This document shows positions 9,269 through 17,712 of a stretch of DNA of 64,000 nucleotides, in pieces. Below the pieces are notes generated by a model. It was not told the DNA's origin, did not search any database, and saw only the letters and a list, made by a program, of their open reading frames with translations. Source of the stretch: Thermodesulfobacteriota bacterium (GTDB lineage: Bacteria > Desulfobacterota > Desulfobacteria > Desulfobacterales > SURF-7); assembly GCA_049320885.1 (NCBI GenBank), contig JBMORA010000034.1:47245-111244 (forward strand). Direction: 5' to 3'. Every line of letters starts with the position of its first letter. The first letter of the stretch is position 1. A program made the translations under genes and the position numbers.

Positions 9269-10438
9269 TTATGTGTCGATCAGGCTGTACTCCGGCATGT
9301 TGAACAACTGACGTACGCTGAAGCCCAGGGTATCCGGCAAGTATCGTCCCCATATTTTGATGGGAATTTCATCGATATGGACGGCCGGACTCAAGCCGAC
9401 GGCGAGAAGGTACTCTATGATATATTCAATGTTTTTTGGTATGTTGCCATAAAATCGCTGTTGCTGACGCTGATCGAAAATCCGCTTTTCATGCATGGAT
9501 CTGCCGATCTCCGATTCCACGAGTTCCTTGTAGGTTGTGACAATCAGGTCGATCTGAATGGCAGGATACCCGGTCGCACCGAATGCAAGAAAGTCATCCG
9601 TAATCCCGGACACGGGCAGTCCCCGCAGGGAAAGGTTCATGGCGGGGGCCACGCTATTAAATTTCTTTTGTAACTTCGAATAGTCAACCGGAACATCAAC
9701 AATATAATGCACCGCATTATACATTCCCGTATGACGTTCTTTCTCGACGATCTCGATACCCGGAAGACTCAGGACGGCTGTCTCCAGTTCCGCCTCATCC
9801 GGCGGATCCATCACGATCTTCATACCGAGCACATCCCGTATGGTCATGATCTCCACCGGCAGCCGCAGGCCGTTTTCACGGATCTGCTCCATGACTTTCT
9901 TCTCAGCCCGAACCAGATCCGCCATGACACCGGGATCTTCCAACACTTCCGCCGGCAACCGTTTCGATAAGGACGGATGCGCCGCCGCCATGACTTCCCG
10001 GTGGATGAACTCGGAAGCGTACCGGCTGGCTTTTTCGGCCGTTCGCTTGATCCGTTTGAAGCGGCACATACTCAAAATCCGGTCGCGCTCGTCATGGTAG
10101 ATCAGGCCGGCGATGGGCGAACTATTATAGTAGTACTCCGGTGTCCGCAGATAATCGTTGATCAATGCCTCGATTCTCGTTGTCCGGCGGTGGCCGGAAC
10201 GGCACAGAAAATCCTTCAGCTCTTTCTTTGTGGCAATGGGCCTCAGGAAAACCGCACCTTCAAACAGCAAGGGGATCAGCCTGCCGATAAAATCCTGAAT
10301 GGTTTCCCAGGCAATGAAGCTGTCATAGGTGATGATCCGGGTTATCCGGATGGGATCGGCTTCTTCCAGCTGATCGGACAACCAGCGGTTGGTGATTTCG
10401 AACAATTCGTCCCGGTGCGGGAAGGCCGAGATATACAT
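9269..10438 (-). CDS. Hypothetical protein with divergent RelA/SpoT-like nucleotidyltransferase motifs
   Basis: 389-aa ORF; ordered motifs RFKRIKRTAEK, IRDVLGMKIV, GMYNAVHYIV, IQIDLIVTT, SMHE. The gene call is solid, the function is tentative. Confidence 0.6.
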   Translation of the reverse strand: MYISAFPHRDELFEITNRWLSDQLEEADPIRITRIITYDSFIAWETIQDFIGRLIPLLFEGAVFLRPIATKKELKDFLCRSGHRRTTRIEALINDYLRTPEYYYNSSPIAGLIYHDERDRILSMCRFKRIKRTAEKASRYASEFIHREVMAAAHPSLSKRLPAEVLEDPGVMADLVRAEKKVMEQIRENGLRLPVEIMTIRDVLGMKIVMDPPDEAELETAVLSLPGIEIVEKERHTGMYNAVHYIVDVPVDYSKLQKKFNSVAPAMNLSLRGLPVSGITDDFLAFGATGYPAIQIDLIVTTYKELVESEIGRSMHEKRIFDQRQQQRFYGNIPKNIEYIIEYLLAVGLSPAVHIDEIPIKIWGRYLPDTLGFSVRQLFNMPEYSLIDT

Positions 10439-10485
10439 GCTTGCTTACCAGTTGTATTGTCTAAAGGAAACGATGCGAACCCGGG

Positions 10486-10737
10486 TCATTTTTCGTCAAC
10501 GGCTCCGTTCCTCACCGCGCTGATGATTTCCAGAATGTCCTCCCTGTAGTCCAACGGGGCGCTGATTTCGCCCCATCCTTTTTGCATCTGGAACAGGCCG
10601 TCATACGCCGTATCATGATAGGATCGCAGCAAATGCGGAATCTCCTGTTCCGTCAATATGGAAGTGACCAGTTGGGATTCGATATCACTGTCCAATACGG
10701 CAATTTTAACGAAAAACTGTTCATTGGAATCGTTCAT
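10486..10737 (-). CDS. Small DUF2007-like (putative signal-transducing) protein
   Basis: 83 aa; 'ESQLVTSILTEQEIPHLLRS..D.AY.G' pattern typical of DUF2007. Confidence 0.65.
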   Translation of the reverse strand: MNDSNEQFFVKIAVLDSDIESQLVTSILTEQEIPHLLRSYHDTAYDGLFQMQKGWGEISAPLDYREDILEIISAVRNGAVDEK

Positions 10738-11340
10738 GGGTTCCTTTCTTTCCGCCACCCGCCAGTCCCCCGCCATTCATCTGTCTATGCATAGGTATCG
10801 ATCAATCTTCCCCTGGTTGCTACCCCTTGTGATACCATGCGCTGTTTTGCGTTGTAAATATCATTCTCTTCATTTGATTTCAGATAATACCGATATCGCT
10901 CCCCATTCAAGGCGCCGCCGTGCGGCTGCAAACCGCTTTGACCCTGCCCCTGCCCCCGGAAGTCCAACGCCGGCCAATCCGACGGCGAAGGAGCATGCCC
11001 CTGATCCTGGCGTTGAAAATACGGGATCAGATAATAATGGGTCTGAACATTCATACAACCGCCCGGAAGAATTCATCTATCATGATTCGCCGTCCAAGCC
11101 TCCTGGAAGAGATTCTCCCCACCGTTCCGGATTCCCCCGGCGGGACCAATGGAAATTAACATGCAAATTTCTTACCATAATCACGAAATTCCAAATCGTT
11201 ACCACCCTGGCCGGGGTCAAAAGGAGACTTTACAATTTTCGGCCGGCTTGATAGAGGTGATCCCAGTCAGACCTTCGATTTTTCATCCCAGAATGCGGAA
11301 ATTCTGCCGATGGAATCGAAACCATAGGTAAAGGACCGAT

Positions 11341-11658
11341 ATGGATACGGAAGCCCTTCCGGATTTTCATGGCAAGATCGTCGTTTTTTACATTTCCAAC
11401 GCGCCCGACTCCCTCCAGGACGGCGCTGTTCTCGAATATATTTCCTTCAAGCAATTCGGCGGCAAACTGTTCGTCGTGGGCCGTGTCCCGGAAATAGACG
11501 CGGAAAACGGGGATTGGATCGCCAACCTCCAGGGAGGCATCGCCTGGGATGCGGTAACGAGTTACCTGATCTTCGACTCCCGGGAAAACTATCTCAGCCG
11601 AATGGGATTGACGAAAACGCCCCTTATTCAAAGACTGTTTGCCCGCATATTCAACTGA
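11341..11658 (+). CDS. Hypothetical protein
   Basis: 105-aa ORF with RBS AAAGGA, protein-like composition, directly upstream of and co-oriented with the ThDP enzyme. Confidence 0.65.
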   Translation: MDTEALPDFHGKIVVFYISNAPDSLQDGAVLEYISFKQFGGKLFVVGRVPEIDAENGDWIANLQGGIAWDAVTSYLIFDSRENYLSRMGLTKTPLIQRLFARIFN

Positions 11659-11684
11659 CCTGCAATGGGAAGGGAAGCCGTTAG

Positions 11685-13424
11685 ATGAACCCGAGCGGTG
11701 GAGAGCTGATTGCCGATATCCTGAGAGCGCATGGGGTGCGATTTCTGTTCACCCTCACTGGAGGACATATCGCCCCGATTCTGGTGGGCTGCCATCATCG
11801 TGGAATCCGGGTGGTGGATGTGCGGGACGAAGTGAATGCCGTTTTCGCGGCCGACGCCGTTGCGCGATTGACCGGCATACCCGGGGTGGCGGCCGTAACC
11901 GCCGGGCCGGGGGTTACCAATACCATCACCGCCCTGAAAAACGCCCAAATGGCCCAATCCCCACTGATTCTCCTGGGGGGGGCTGCTGCGACGCTGATCA
12001 GAGGCCGGGGATCGCTCCAGGACATCGATCAAATCTCCCTGCTGAAATCCGTGGTGAAAATGGCCGTCACCATCAACCGGAACTGCGATATCGCGCCGGC
12101 CATGGAACATGCGTTTCAGACGGCCAGATCGGGAGTCCCCGGACCTGTTTTCGTGGAATGCCCCATCGATCTCTTGTACAGTGAAAAGCTGGTCCGGGAA
12201 TGGTATGGCGCCAAATCCAGGGAATCGGGCGGGAATGACATAAAAAGCAAGCTGTTTCAGTTCTATATGAACCGGCATGTCAACAACCTGTTCGCCTGCG
12301 ACCTGAATGAGGTGAAAACCAGACCACGAGGCTGCTCCTTCCCGGAAGTCAAGACCGGCCACATCATCAAGGCTGAAAAAATACTGGAGGGCGCCCACCG
12401 TCCCGTTCTCATTGTCGGCAGCCAGGCCATGCTGGAGCCCTCTCAGTCCGGGAGACTGCTCTCTTCCCTGGAGCGCATGGCTATCCCGGTGTTTCTGGCA
12501 GGAATGGCGCGAGGCGTTATGGGAAAAAGTCATCATTTGCAGATGCGCCATCATCGCAAGGAGGCCTTAAAAAAAGCGGACGTGGTGGTGATCGCCGGCA
12601 TGCCCTGCGATTTCCGCCTGGGATACGGCATGGCCATCAACAGCCGGGCCACGCTGATCGCCATCAATCGCAGCAAGGCGGATCTGATGCTCAATCGGAA
12701 GCCGGAGCTGGCTGTTCATGCCGACCCGGCTCAATTCCTGGCAGCCCTGGCGGAACGCTTCGTCCCCGGGGGACGCTCCAGGGACTGGACCGCCTCCCTG
12801 CGGTCATCGGATGACGACAGGGAAAATGAAATCCGCAAAATGGCCGAAATGAAGACCGATGGTGTTCATCCCCTCCGCTTGTTGACCCGGCTGGAGGATT
12901 TTTTGACGGATGAAAGCATTCTGGTGGCGGACGGCGGGGATTTTGTGGCTACCGCTTCCTATGTCTTGCGTCCCCGGGCGCCGCTGAGCTGGCTCGATCC
13001 TGGCGTGTTCGGCACCCTGGGGGTAGGCGCGGGTTTCGCCACGGGCGCCAAACTCTGCAGGCCGGACGCCGAGGTCTGGCTGATCTACGGCGACGGCGCT
13101 GCGGGATACAGCCTCCAGGAATTCGACACCTTTGTGCGTCATGGCCTTCCGGTCATCGCCGTGGTGGGAAACGATGCCGCCTGGGCCCAGATCGCCCGGG
13201 AACAGATCGAACTGTTCCATAACGAAATCGCCACCGTCCTCCGCCGTTCGGATTATCACACGGTGGCGGCCGGATTCGGGGGCATGGGCATTCTCGTAAC
13301 CCGGGAAGAGGAAATTCAGCCGGCCCTGGAATCCGCCAGGCACCACGCCAGGGAAGGCATCCCGGTCCTGATCAACGTCCACATAGGTAAAACCGACTTT
13401 CGCAAAGGCTCCATATCCATGTAA
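11685..13424 (+). CDS. Thiamine-diphosphate enzyme, acetolactate synthase-like / 2-hydroxyacyl-CoA lyase (ILVBL/HACL2-like)
   Basis: DVRDE...[16 protein letters not shown]-x25-N ThDP motif (YGDGAAG...GND), C-terminal [10 protein letters not shown]. Confidence 0.9.
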   Translation: MNPSGGELIADILRAHGVRFLFTLTGGHIAPILVGCHHRGIRVVDVRDEVNAVFAADAVARLTGIPGVAAVTAGPGVTNTITALKNAQMAQSPLILLGGAAATLIRGRGSLQDIDQISLLKSVVKMAVTINRNCDIAPAMEHAFQTARSGVPGPVFVECPIDLLYSEKLVREWYGAKSRESGGNDIKSKLFQFYMNRHVNNLFACDLNEVKTRPRGCSFPEVKTGHIIKAEKILEGAHRPVLIVGSQAMLEPSQSGRLLSSLERMAIPVFLAGMARGVMGKSHHLQMRHHRKEALKKADVVVIAGMPCDFRLGYGMAINSRATLIAINRSKADLMLNRKPELAVHADPAQFLAALAERFVPGGRSRDWTASLRSSDDDRENEIRKMAEMKTDGVHPLRLLTRLEDFLTDESILVADGGDFVATASYVLRPRAPLSWLDPGVFGTLGVGAGFATGAKLCRPDAEVWLIYGDGAAGYSLQEFDTFVRHGLPVIAVVGNDAAWAQIAREQIELFHNEIATVLRRSDYHTVAAGFGGMGILVTREEEIQPALESARHHAREGIPVLINVHIGKTDFRKGSISM

Positions 13425-13432
13425 GCTTTTCA

Positions 13433-14263
13433 TTATTTTAGCAAATTGATGACATTCTCCTCCTTGGCATTGGCCTGGGCCAGGGCGTAGGATCGCGCCC
13501 GGTTCAACAATTTGAGCCGTGACAATACCATGGATGCCTCGGCCATGTCCGCATCCCGGATGTTGGATTCAGACGCGAAGACATTGATCTGCGAAGTCGA
13601 CAAATTTTGGATCGTCGAGGCCAGCTGATTCTGCACCGAACCGATTCGGGACCGGTTGGCGTTCAGGTCGCTCATCGCCTGGTCCGCAATTCCGATGGCT
13701 GCCTGGGCGCCTTCAAAGGTGGTCACATCGATTTCGCTCAACCGGCCGGCATCACTGTTGCCGAGTTCACCGGAAGCGGCGGAATCGATGGACAGGGAGA
13801 TGGTTTCGCCCGCATAGGCGCCAGTCTGGAACGATTTATTCGTGAACTCACCGGTCAGCAGCCGTTGACCGTTGTAGGTGGTGGTCTGGGCGATCGTGTC
13901 CAACTGGGTCAGCATCTTGTCGATATCCGCCTGGATCGCCTGACGGGACGCAGAACCCTGGCTGTCGTTGGCGGCCTGCAGCGCCTTTTCCCGTATCACC
14001 TGAATGATCCGGGAGGCGTTTTCCAGGGCGCCGTCCGCCACTTGCGCCATGGCCACGGCATCGCTGGCGTTACGGATGGCCTGTCCCATACCGCGGGCCT
14101 GGCTCTCCAGTGAATCGGCGATGGTCATGCCGGAGGCGTCATCAGCGGCGCTGTTGATGCGATGGCCCGAAGCGATGGTATCCAGCGTGGCCTGCAAGGA
14201 CCGCTGGCCTTCCTGCAACGAACGGACCGCGAACATACCGCTGATATTGGAATTGATTCTCAT
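13433..14263 (-). CDS. Minimal flagellin (D0/D1 only, about 276 aa)
   Basis: MRINSNI, RINSAADDASG, RSRIGSVQNQL, ESNIRDADMAE; almost no central variable domain. Confidence 0.92.
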   Translation of the reverse strand: MRINSNISGMFAVRSLQEGQRSLQATLDTIASGHRINSAADDASGMTIADSLESQARGMGQAIRNASDAVAMAQVADGALENASRIIQVIREKALQAANDSQGSASRQAIQADIDKMLTQLDTIAQTTTYNGQRLLTGEFTNKSFQTGAYAGETISLSIDSAASGELGNSDAGRLSEIDVTTFEGAQAAIGIADQAMSDLNANRSRIGSVQNQLASTIQNLSTSQINVFASESNIRDADMAEASMVLSRLKLLNRARSYALAQANAKEENVINLLK

Positions 14264-14277
14264 ACAACCCCCCATTG

Positions 14278-14318
14278 TAATTACGAATTACGAATTAGGA
14301 TTTAGGAATTGCGGATGG
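14278..14318 (-). repeat. Heptamer tandem array (ATTCGTA family), upstream of the short flagellin RBS
   Basis: Plus strand TAATTACGAATTACGAATTAGGATTTAGGAATTGCGGATGG. Confidence 0.9.
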
Positions 14319-14397
14319 ATATCCATATGATATCCATTCTGTACGGATTAACCAGTAAAAAAAGATATACCCGTCCAGCGGTCCCGATTCGACGGAA

Positions 14398-14435
14398 CCT
14401 TCATTCGTAATTCGTAATTCCTAATTCGTAATTCC
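14398..14435 (+). repeat. Heptamer tandem array (ATTCGTA family) overlapping the 3' end of an ORF
   Basis: CCTTC ATTCGTA ATTCGTA ATTCCTA ATTCGTA ATTCC. Confidence 0.9.
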
Positions 14436-14802
14436 TTCTATAAAACGCCGCCGCCGCCTGCTGCTGATTCCTCTTGAAATCCGCACGATTCCTGTTTTCT
14501 TCGCGCTGGAAGGCCTCCGCTTCTTGCTGCTGGGCGCGCTTGAATTCGATTTCATTCCGTCGGGCCCGATTTTCAAAAGCCTCGGTTTCCCGTTGCTGCT
14601 CACGGTCAAACTCCTGCTTCGCCCGGACGCGGGCCTGCTCGGAAAGTCGAACGGAATAGGCGGCATCATCGCCTTGCTCATCCCCGGACGCATGGCGGCC
14701 GGCCCCTTTCAGGGCTGCTTTGCCCTCGGGTTGCATTGTCTGCGCCCCGGAAACCGAGAGCTGCGCAATGCCTGCCGTTATGTCATTCCCCATTACCTTC
14801 AT
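14401..14802 (-). CDS. Small hypothetical protein with 11-residue Phe periodicity
   Basis: RBS GAGGTG; YSVRLSEQAR motif followed by six Phe residues spaced exactly 11 apart. Confidence 0.65.
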   Translation of the reverse strand: MKVMGNDITAGIAQLSVSGAQTMQPEGKAALKGAGRHASGDEQGDDAAYSVRLSEQARVRAKQEFDREQQRETEAFENRARRNEIEFKRAQQQEAEAFQREENRNRADFKRNQQQAAAAFYRRNYELGITNYE

Positions 14803-14844
14803 TGAGATCACCTCAGCGATTGAAATTGCCTTACAGCCGTGCCA

Positions 14845-15108
14845 TCAACCCGCGATCTCTCCCGCCGCGTTATAGACGGCATTCTGATTCGCCGTCTGCT
14901 GTTCGGCTTGGGCCGCCTGACGCTCCTCCGTCTGTCGCCTGCGGGCCTCTTCCGACAACTCCACCTGATAGGCTTCCTTTGGAGCGGTATTCGCTGATTC
15001 CTCAGTCTTTTCATTCCGCTCCGGCTCCCTCGCCGCGCTCCTAGCATCCTCGGGACGCGCCGAATTCAACGCCTCGCCGCTGATACGCTCCAGCTGATTG
15101 ATTTCCAT
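14845..15108 (-). CDS. Small hypothetical protein (flagellar operon)
   Basis: RBS AAGGAG; 87 aa, low complexity, YQVELSEEAR motif, C-terminal YNAAGE. Confidence 0.7.
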   Translation of the reverse strand: MEINQLERISGEALNSARPEDARSAAREPERNEKTEESANTAPKEAYQVELSEEARRRQTEERQAAQAEQQTANQNAVYNAAGEIAG

Positions 15109-15157
15109 AAGCCAGCTCCTTCTTCTTTGTAAGGTTACGGTGTAATCCAGGACCGTT

Positions 15158-15793
15158 CTACCCGAACGTATCGACGGTCCCACCGGTTATCTGAACGGTC
15201 GTATCCGCTGAATAGGCTTTTTCAGCGCCGTATTGCCGAAACACCGGTTCTTCACGCGCCAGCGCCTTGTTTTCCCGCATTCGCGACAAGGTGTATTCCA
15301 TGGCTGCTTCAGCCCCCATCTGGGCCGCCTGGGCCGCTATCCGGCGGTCCTGGGCCGAAGGATCCCGGGGCGCCAGGGCGGCCCGTTGCACGGCCTTCAT
15401 TTTTTCAGCCGTGGCCTTGGGGTCGCCCGGCACTTTCCCCATATCGATGGACACTTCCCCGGCTACGGCATAAGATTTCCCATCCGGACCACGCTCGTAC
15501 TGAAACCGGGCGCCGCTGCGGACATATTGTCCTCCCGCCGTCACATGGGCCATCTCATGGGCTCGCACCGCCGCATCCGCCTGTTTCAACTGCTGGATCA
15601 GGTCCAATTCCGCCCGGGTCAACTCTCCGACGCCACTGATTTTCTTCCCTTCCGCCCCCCCGGATTGGCGGTTTCCGTTTGCGGCTCCGTCACCTCCCAT
15701 GGTCTCACCGGACCGGGTTTTCACCTCCGGACGGGCAGAACCACCGTTTTCGACAGACGGCTGAGGATATGGCTTCACGGTTCCGATTTTCAC
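15158..15793 (-). CDS. SprA-related / putative metalloprotease (HExxH) family protein
   Basis: D..VRAHEMAH..AGG, Y.RGPDGKSYAVAGEVSID, AALAP.DPS.QDR.IAA; GTG start with RBS GGAGG. Confidence 0.85.
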   Translation of the reverse strand: MKIGTVKPYPQPSVENGGSARPEVKTRSGETMGGDGAANGNRQSGGAEGKKISGVGELTRAELDLIQQLKQADAAVRAHEMAHVTAGGQYVRSGARFQYERGPDGKSYAVAGEVSIDMGKVPGDPKATAEKMKAVQRAALAPRDPSAQDRRIAAQAAQMGAEAAMEYTLSRMRENKALAREEPVFRQYGAEKAYSADTTVQITGGTVDTFG

Positions 15794-15814
15794 TCTTATA
15801 CCTCCGCTAATCTG

Positions 15815-15842
15815 TTATCGTCCCGGGACCGGGAAAACTTGA
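15815..15842 (-). promoter_or_regulatory. Putative sigma28 (FliA) promoter
   Basis: Minus strand TCAAGTTT...GACGATAA (TCAA-N16-GACGATAA). Confidence 0.65.
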
Positions 15843-15946
15843 GGAAAAAATATTTGACAATTGGGATGAAACCCATTATCACCATTTACAATTACCATTT
15901 ATTCAATGAAATCAATATTAAAAATAAAAGAAAGCCCCCTCGGCCC

Positions 15947-16450
15947 ATGCAAGGAAGACCTGTTCGCGCCAGCAAAATCACGTTCACCCAGTTAATGACG
16001 GCCCAGGATGCCAACCTTGCCGGCAATGTCCACGGCGGTGTGGTCATGAAACACATCGATAACGCCGCCGGTGTCGTTGCCGCGCGCCACGCCCAATCCA
16101 ACGTGGTGACCGCCAGCATCGACCGGCTGGATTTCCATAATCCGGCTTTCATCGGCAACCTGCTCCTGGTTCAAGCCAGTCTGAACATGGTGGGACGGTC
16201 CTCCATGGAAATCGGCGTCCGGGTGGAAAGCGAGGACATGTTCACCGGACGGAGACGTCATACCGCCTCCGCCTATCTGACCTTTGTAGCCCTGGACGAG
16301 CAGTTCAAACCCAAGGAAGTCCCCCCCCTGATTCTGGAAACGGATGACGAGAAACGACGCAACCGCGAAGCCCTGGCCAGACGGAATGTGCGCCTTGTGG
16401 AAAAACGCAAGGAAAAGGCCTGCCAGCGAGACAATGTGGCTTGCGATTAA
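15947..16450 (+). CDS. Acyl-CoA thioesterase (HotDog, YciA-like)
   Basis: DAN..GNVHGG.VMK.ID, VVTASID, VGRSSMEIGV, TFVALD. Confidence 0.92.
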   Translation: MQGRPVRASKITFTQLMTAQDANLAGNVHGGVVMKHIDNAAGVVAARHAQSNVVTASIDRLDFHNPAFIGNLLLVQASLNMVGRSSMEIGVRVESEDMFTGRRRHTASAYLTFVALDEQFKPKEVPPLILETDDEKRRNREALARRNVRLVEKRKEKACQRDNVACD

Positions 16451-16468
16451 CAGCAGCGGAAGGTGCCA

Positions 16469-17380
16469 ATGAAGATTCTGATCACCGGCGGCAGCGGATT
16501 CATCGGAACGGCTCTGAGCCGTTTTTTAGGTAAAAAAGGCCACCAGATCATCGCCCTTGGCACAACCCCGCCCCCGGATGTTTCCGACCCATCACGGTTC
16601 CGGTTCATCGCGGCGGATACCTCCCGATCCGGCCCCTGGCAACGGGAATTAAGTGGTGTGGACGCGGTGATCAATCTTACCGGCAGGACCATTTTCAAAC
16701 GCTGGACGGAGGCTTATAAGCAACAAATTTATGACAGCCGCATCCGCACCACCGCCAATATCGTGGAGGCCCTGCCGGATTCAAAAGGACTGGTGCTGGT
16801 GAGCGCCTCCGCGGCCGGGTTTTACGGCAACCGCGGAGACGCTGTTTTGACGGAGACGGAACCGGGGGGCGACGATTTTTTGGCGGTGGTCTGCCGGGAC
16901 TGGGAAAAAGCGGCGGGACTGGCGGAGTCAAAAGGCGCCCGGGTGGTGACCGCCCGGTTCGGTGTGGTGCTGGGAAAAAGCGGGGGCGCCCTGGCCCAGA
17001 TGATCCCGGCCTATCGGTTCTTCGTGGGCGGTCCCATCGGCAACGGCGGGCAATGGTTCCCCTGGATCCACATGGACGACCTTCTGAACGCCATGGATTT
17101 TATCTTTCAAAACGAACAGATCACCGGCCCGGTGAATTTCTGCGGCGAACACCCGGCCCGCAACCTCGATCTGGCAAAAGCCCTGGGAAAAGCCCTGGGC
17201 CGCCCCAGCTTCATGAAGGTGCCGGCTTTCATGATCCGGTTGCTCATGGGAGAACTGGGCAACGCCGTCCTCTTCAGCCAGCGGACCCGGCCCAAGGTCC
17301 TTCTGGATAACGGTTTTCATTTCACCTATCCGGACATCCAATCCGCCCTGAACCAGATCATCGGAGCGAGGGGGGATTGA
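16469..17380 (+). CDS. TIGR01777-type NAD(P)-dependent epimerase/oxidoreductase (YfcH-like)
   Basis: ITGGSGFIG, SRIRTT, FLAVVCRDWE, G.QWFPWIH.DD, SQR..P..L...GF.F.YP. Confidence 0.92.
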   Translation: MKILITGGSGFIGTALSRFLGKKGHQIIALGTTPPPDVSDPSRFRFIAADTSRSGPWQRELSGVDAVINLTGRTIFKRWTEAYKQQIYDSRIRTTANIVEALPDSKGLVLVSASAAGFYGNRGDAVLTETEPGGDDFLAVVCRDWEKAAGLAESKGARVVTARFGVVLGKSGGALAQMIPAYRFFVGGPIGNGGQWFPWIHMDDLLNAMDFIFQNEQITGPVNFCGEHPARNLDLAKALGKALGRPSFMKVPAFMIRLLMGELGNAVLFSQRTRPKVLLDNGFHFTYPDIQSALNQIIGARGD

Positions 17381-17510
17381 TCCAGCCCCCGGTAATCCTT
17401 ACCCACCACCCTGCAACTTTTTCCCGATCGACCGGGTGGCCCATTTGCCGGGTGACGGTCACTCCGTGGTATGTTTCGCTGGTTGACCCGCCTAGACTAT
17501 AATATCGCTG

Positions 17511-17551
17511 CCATCCGCCATTGGTAATTCGTAATTCGCAATTCGTAATTG
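17511..17551 (+). repeat. Heptamer tandem array (ATTCGTA family) abutting the island promoters
   Basis: CCATCCGCC ATTGGTA ATTCGTA ATTCGCA ATTCGTA ATTG. Confidence 0.85.
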
Positions 17552-17557
17552 TTTCTC

Positions 17558-17572
17558 TGGCATATGTTTTGC
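17558..17572 (+). promoter_or_regulatory. Putative sigma54 promoter of the glycosylation island
   Basis: TGGCATATGTTTTGC (GG-N10-GC). Confidence 0.65.
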
Positions 17573-17597
17573 GAGTAAAGTTAATCAAAAAGTTATA

Positions 17598-17625
17598 TCA
17601 AGGTTTCCGTTCCTTCGGCCGATAT
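17598..17625 (+). promoter_or_regulatory. Putative sigma28 promoter of the glycosylation island
   Basis: TCAA-N16-GCCGATAT. Confidence 0.75.
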
Positions 17626-17712
17626 AGAGAACAAACAGCCTGCAGGCAGCCACATTCGATGTTTGACGCTTTGTTGAAACCATCGGCAACTTCCTACAAT
17701 AAGGTGAAGAAG

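Noticed and set aside
10780..11330. Short ORFs in the 10.8-11.3 kb gap
   Set aside because: Several overlapping short frames with no convincing RBS or motif; cannot support a gene or ncRNA.
15233..15946. Long N-terminal extensions in the ORF track (thioesterase, flgI, flgJ, flgF, PseB)
   Set aside because: They overlap other genes, promoters or heptamer arrays; downstream starts fit RBS and family length.
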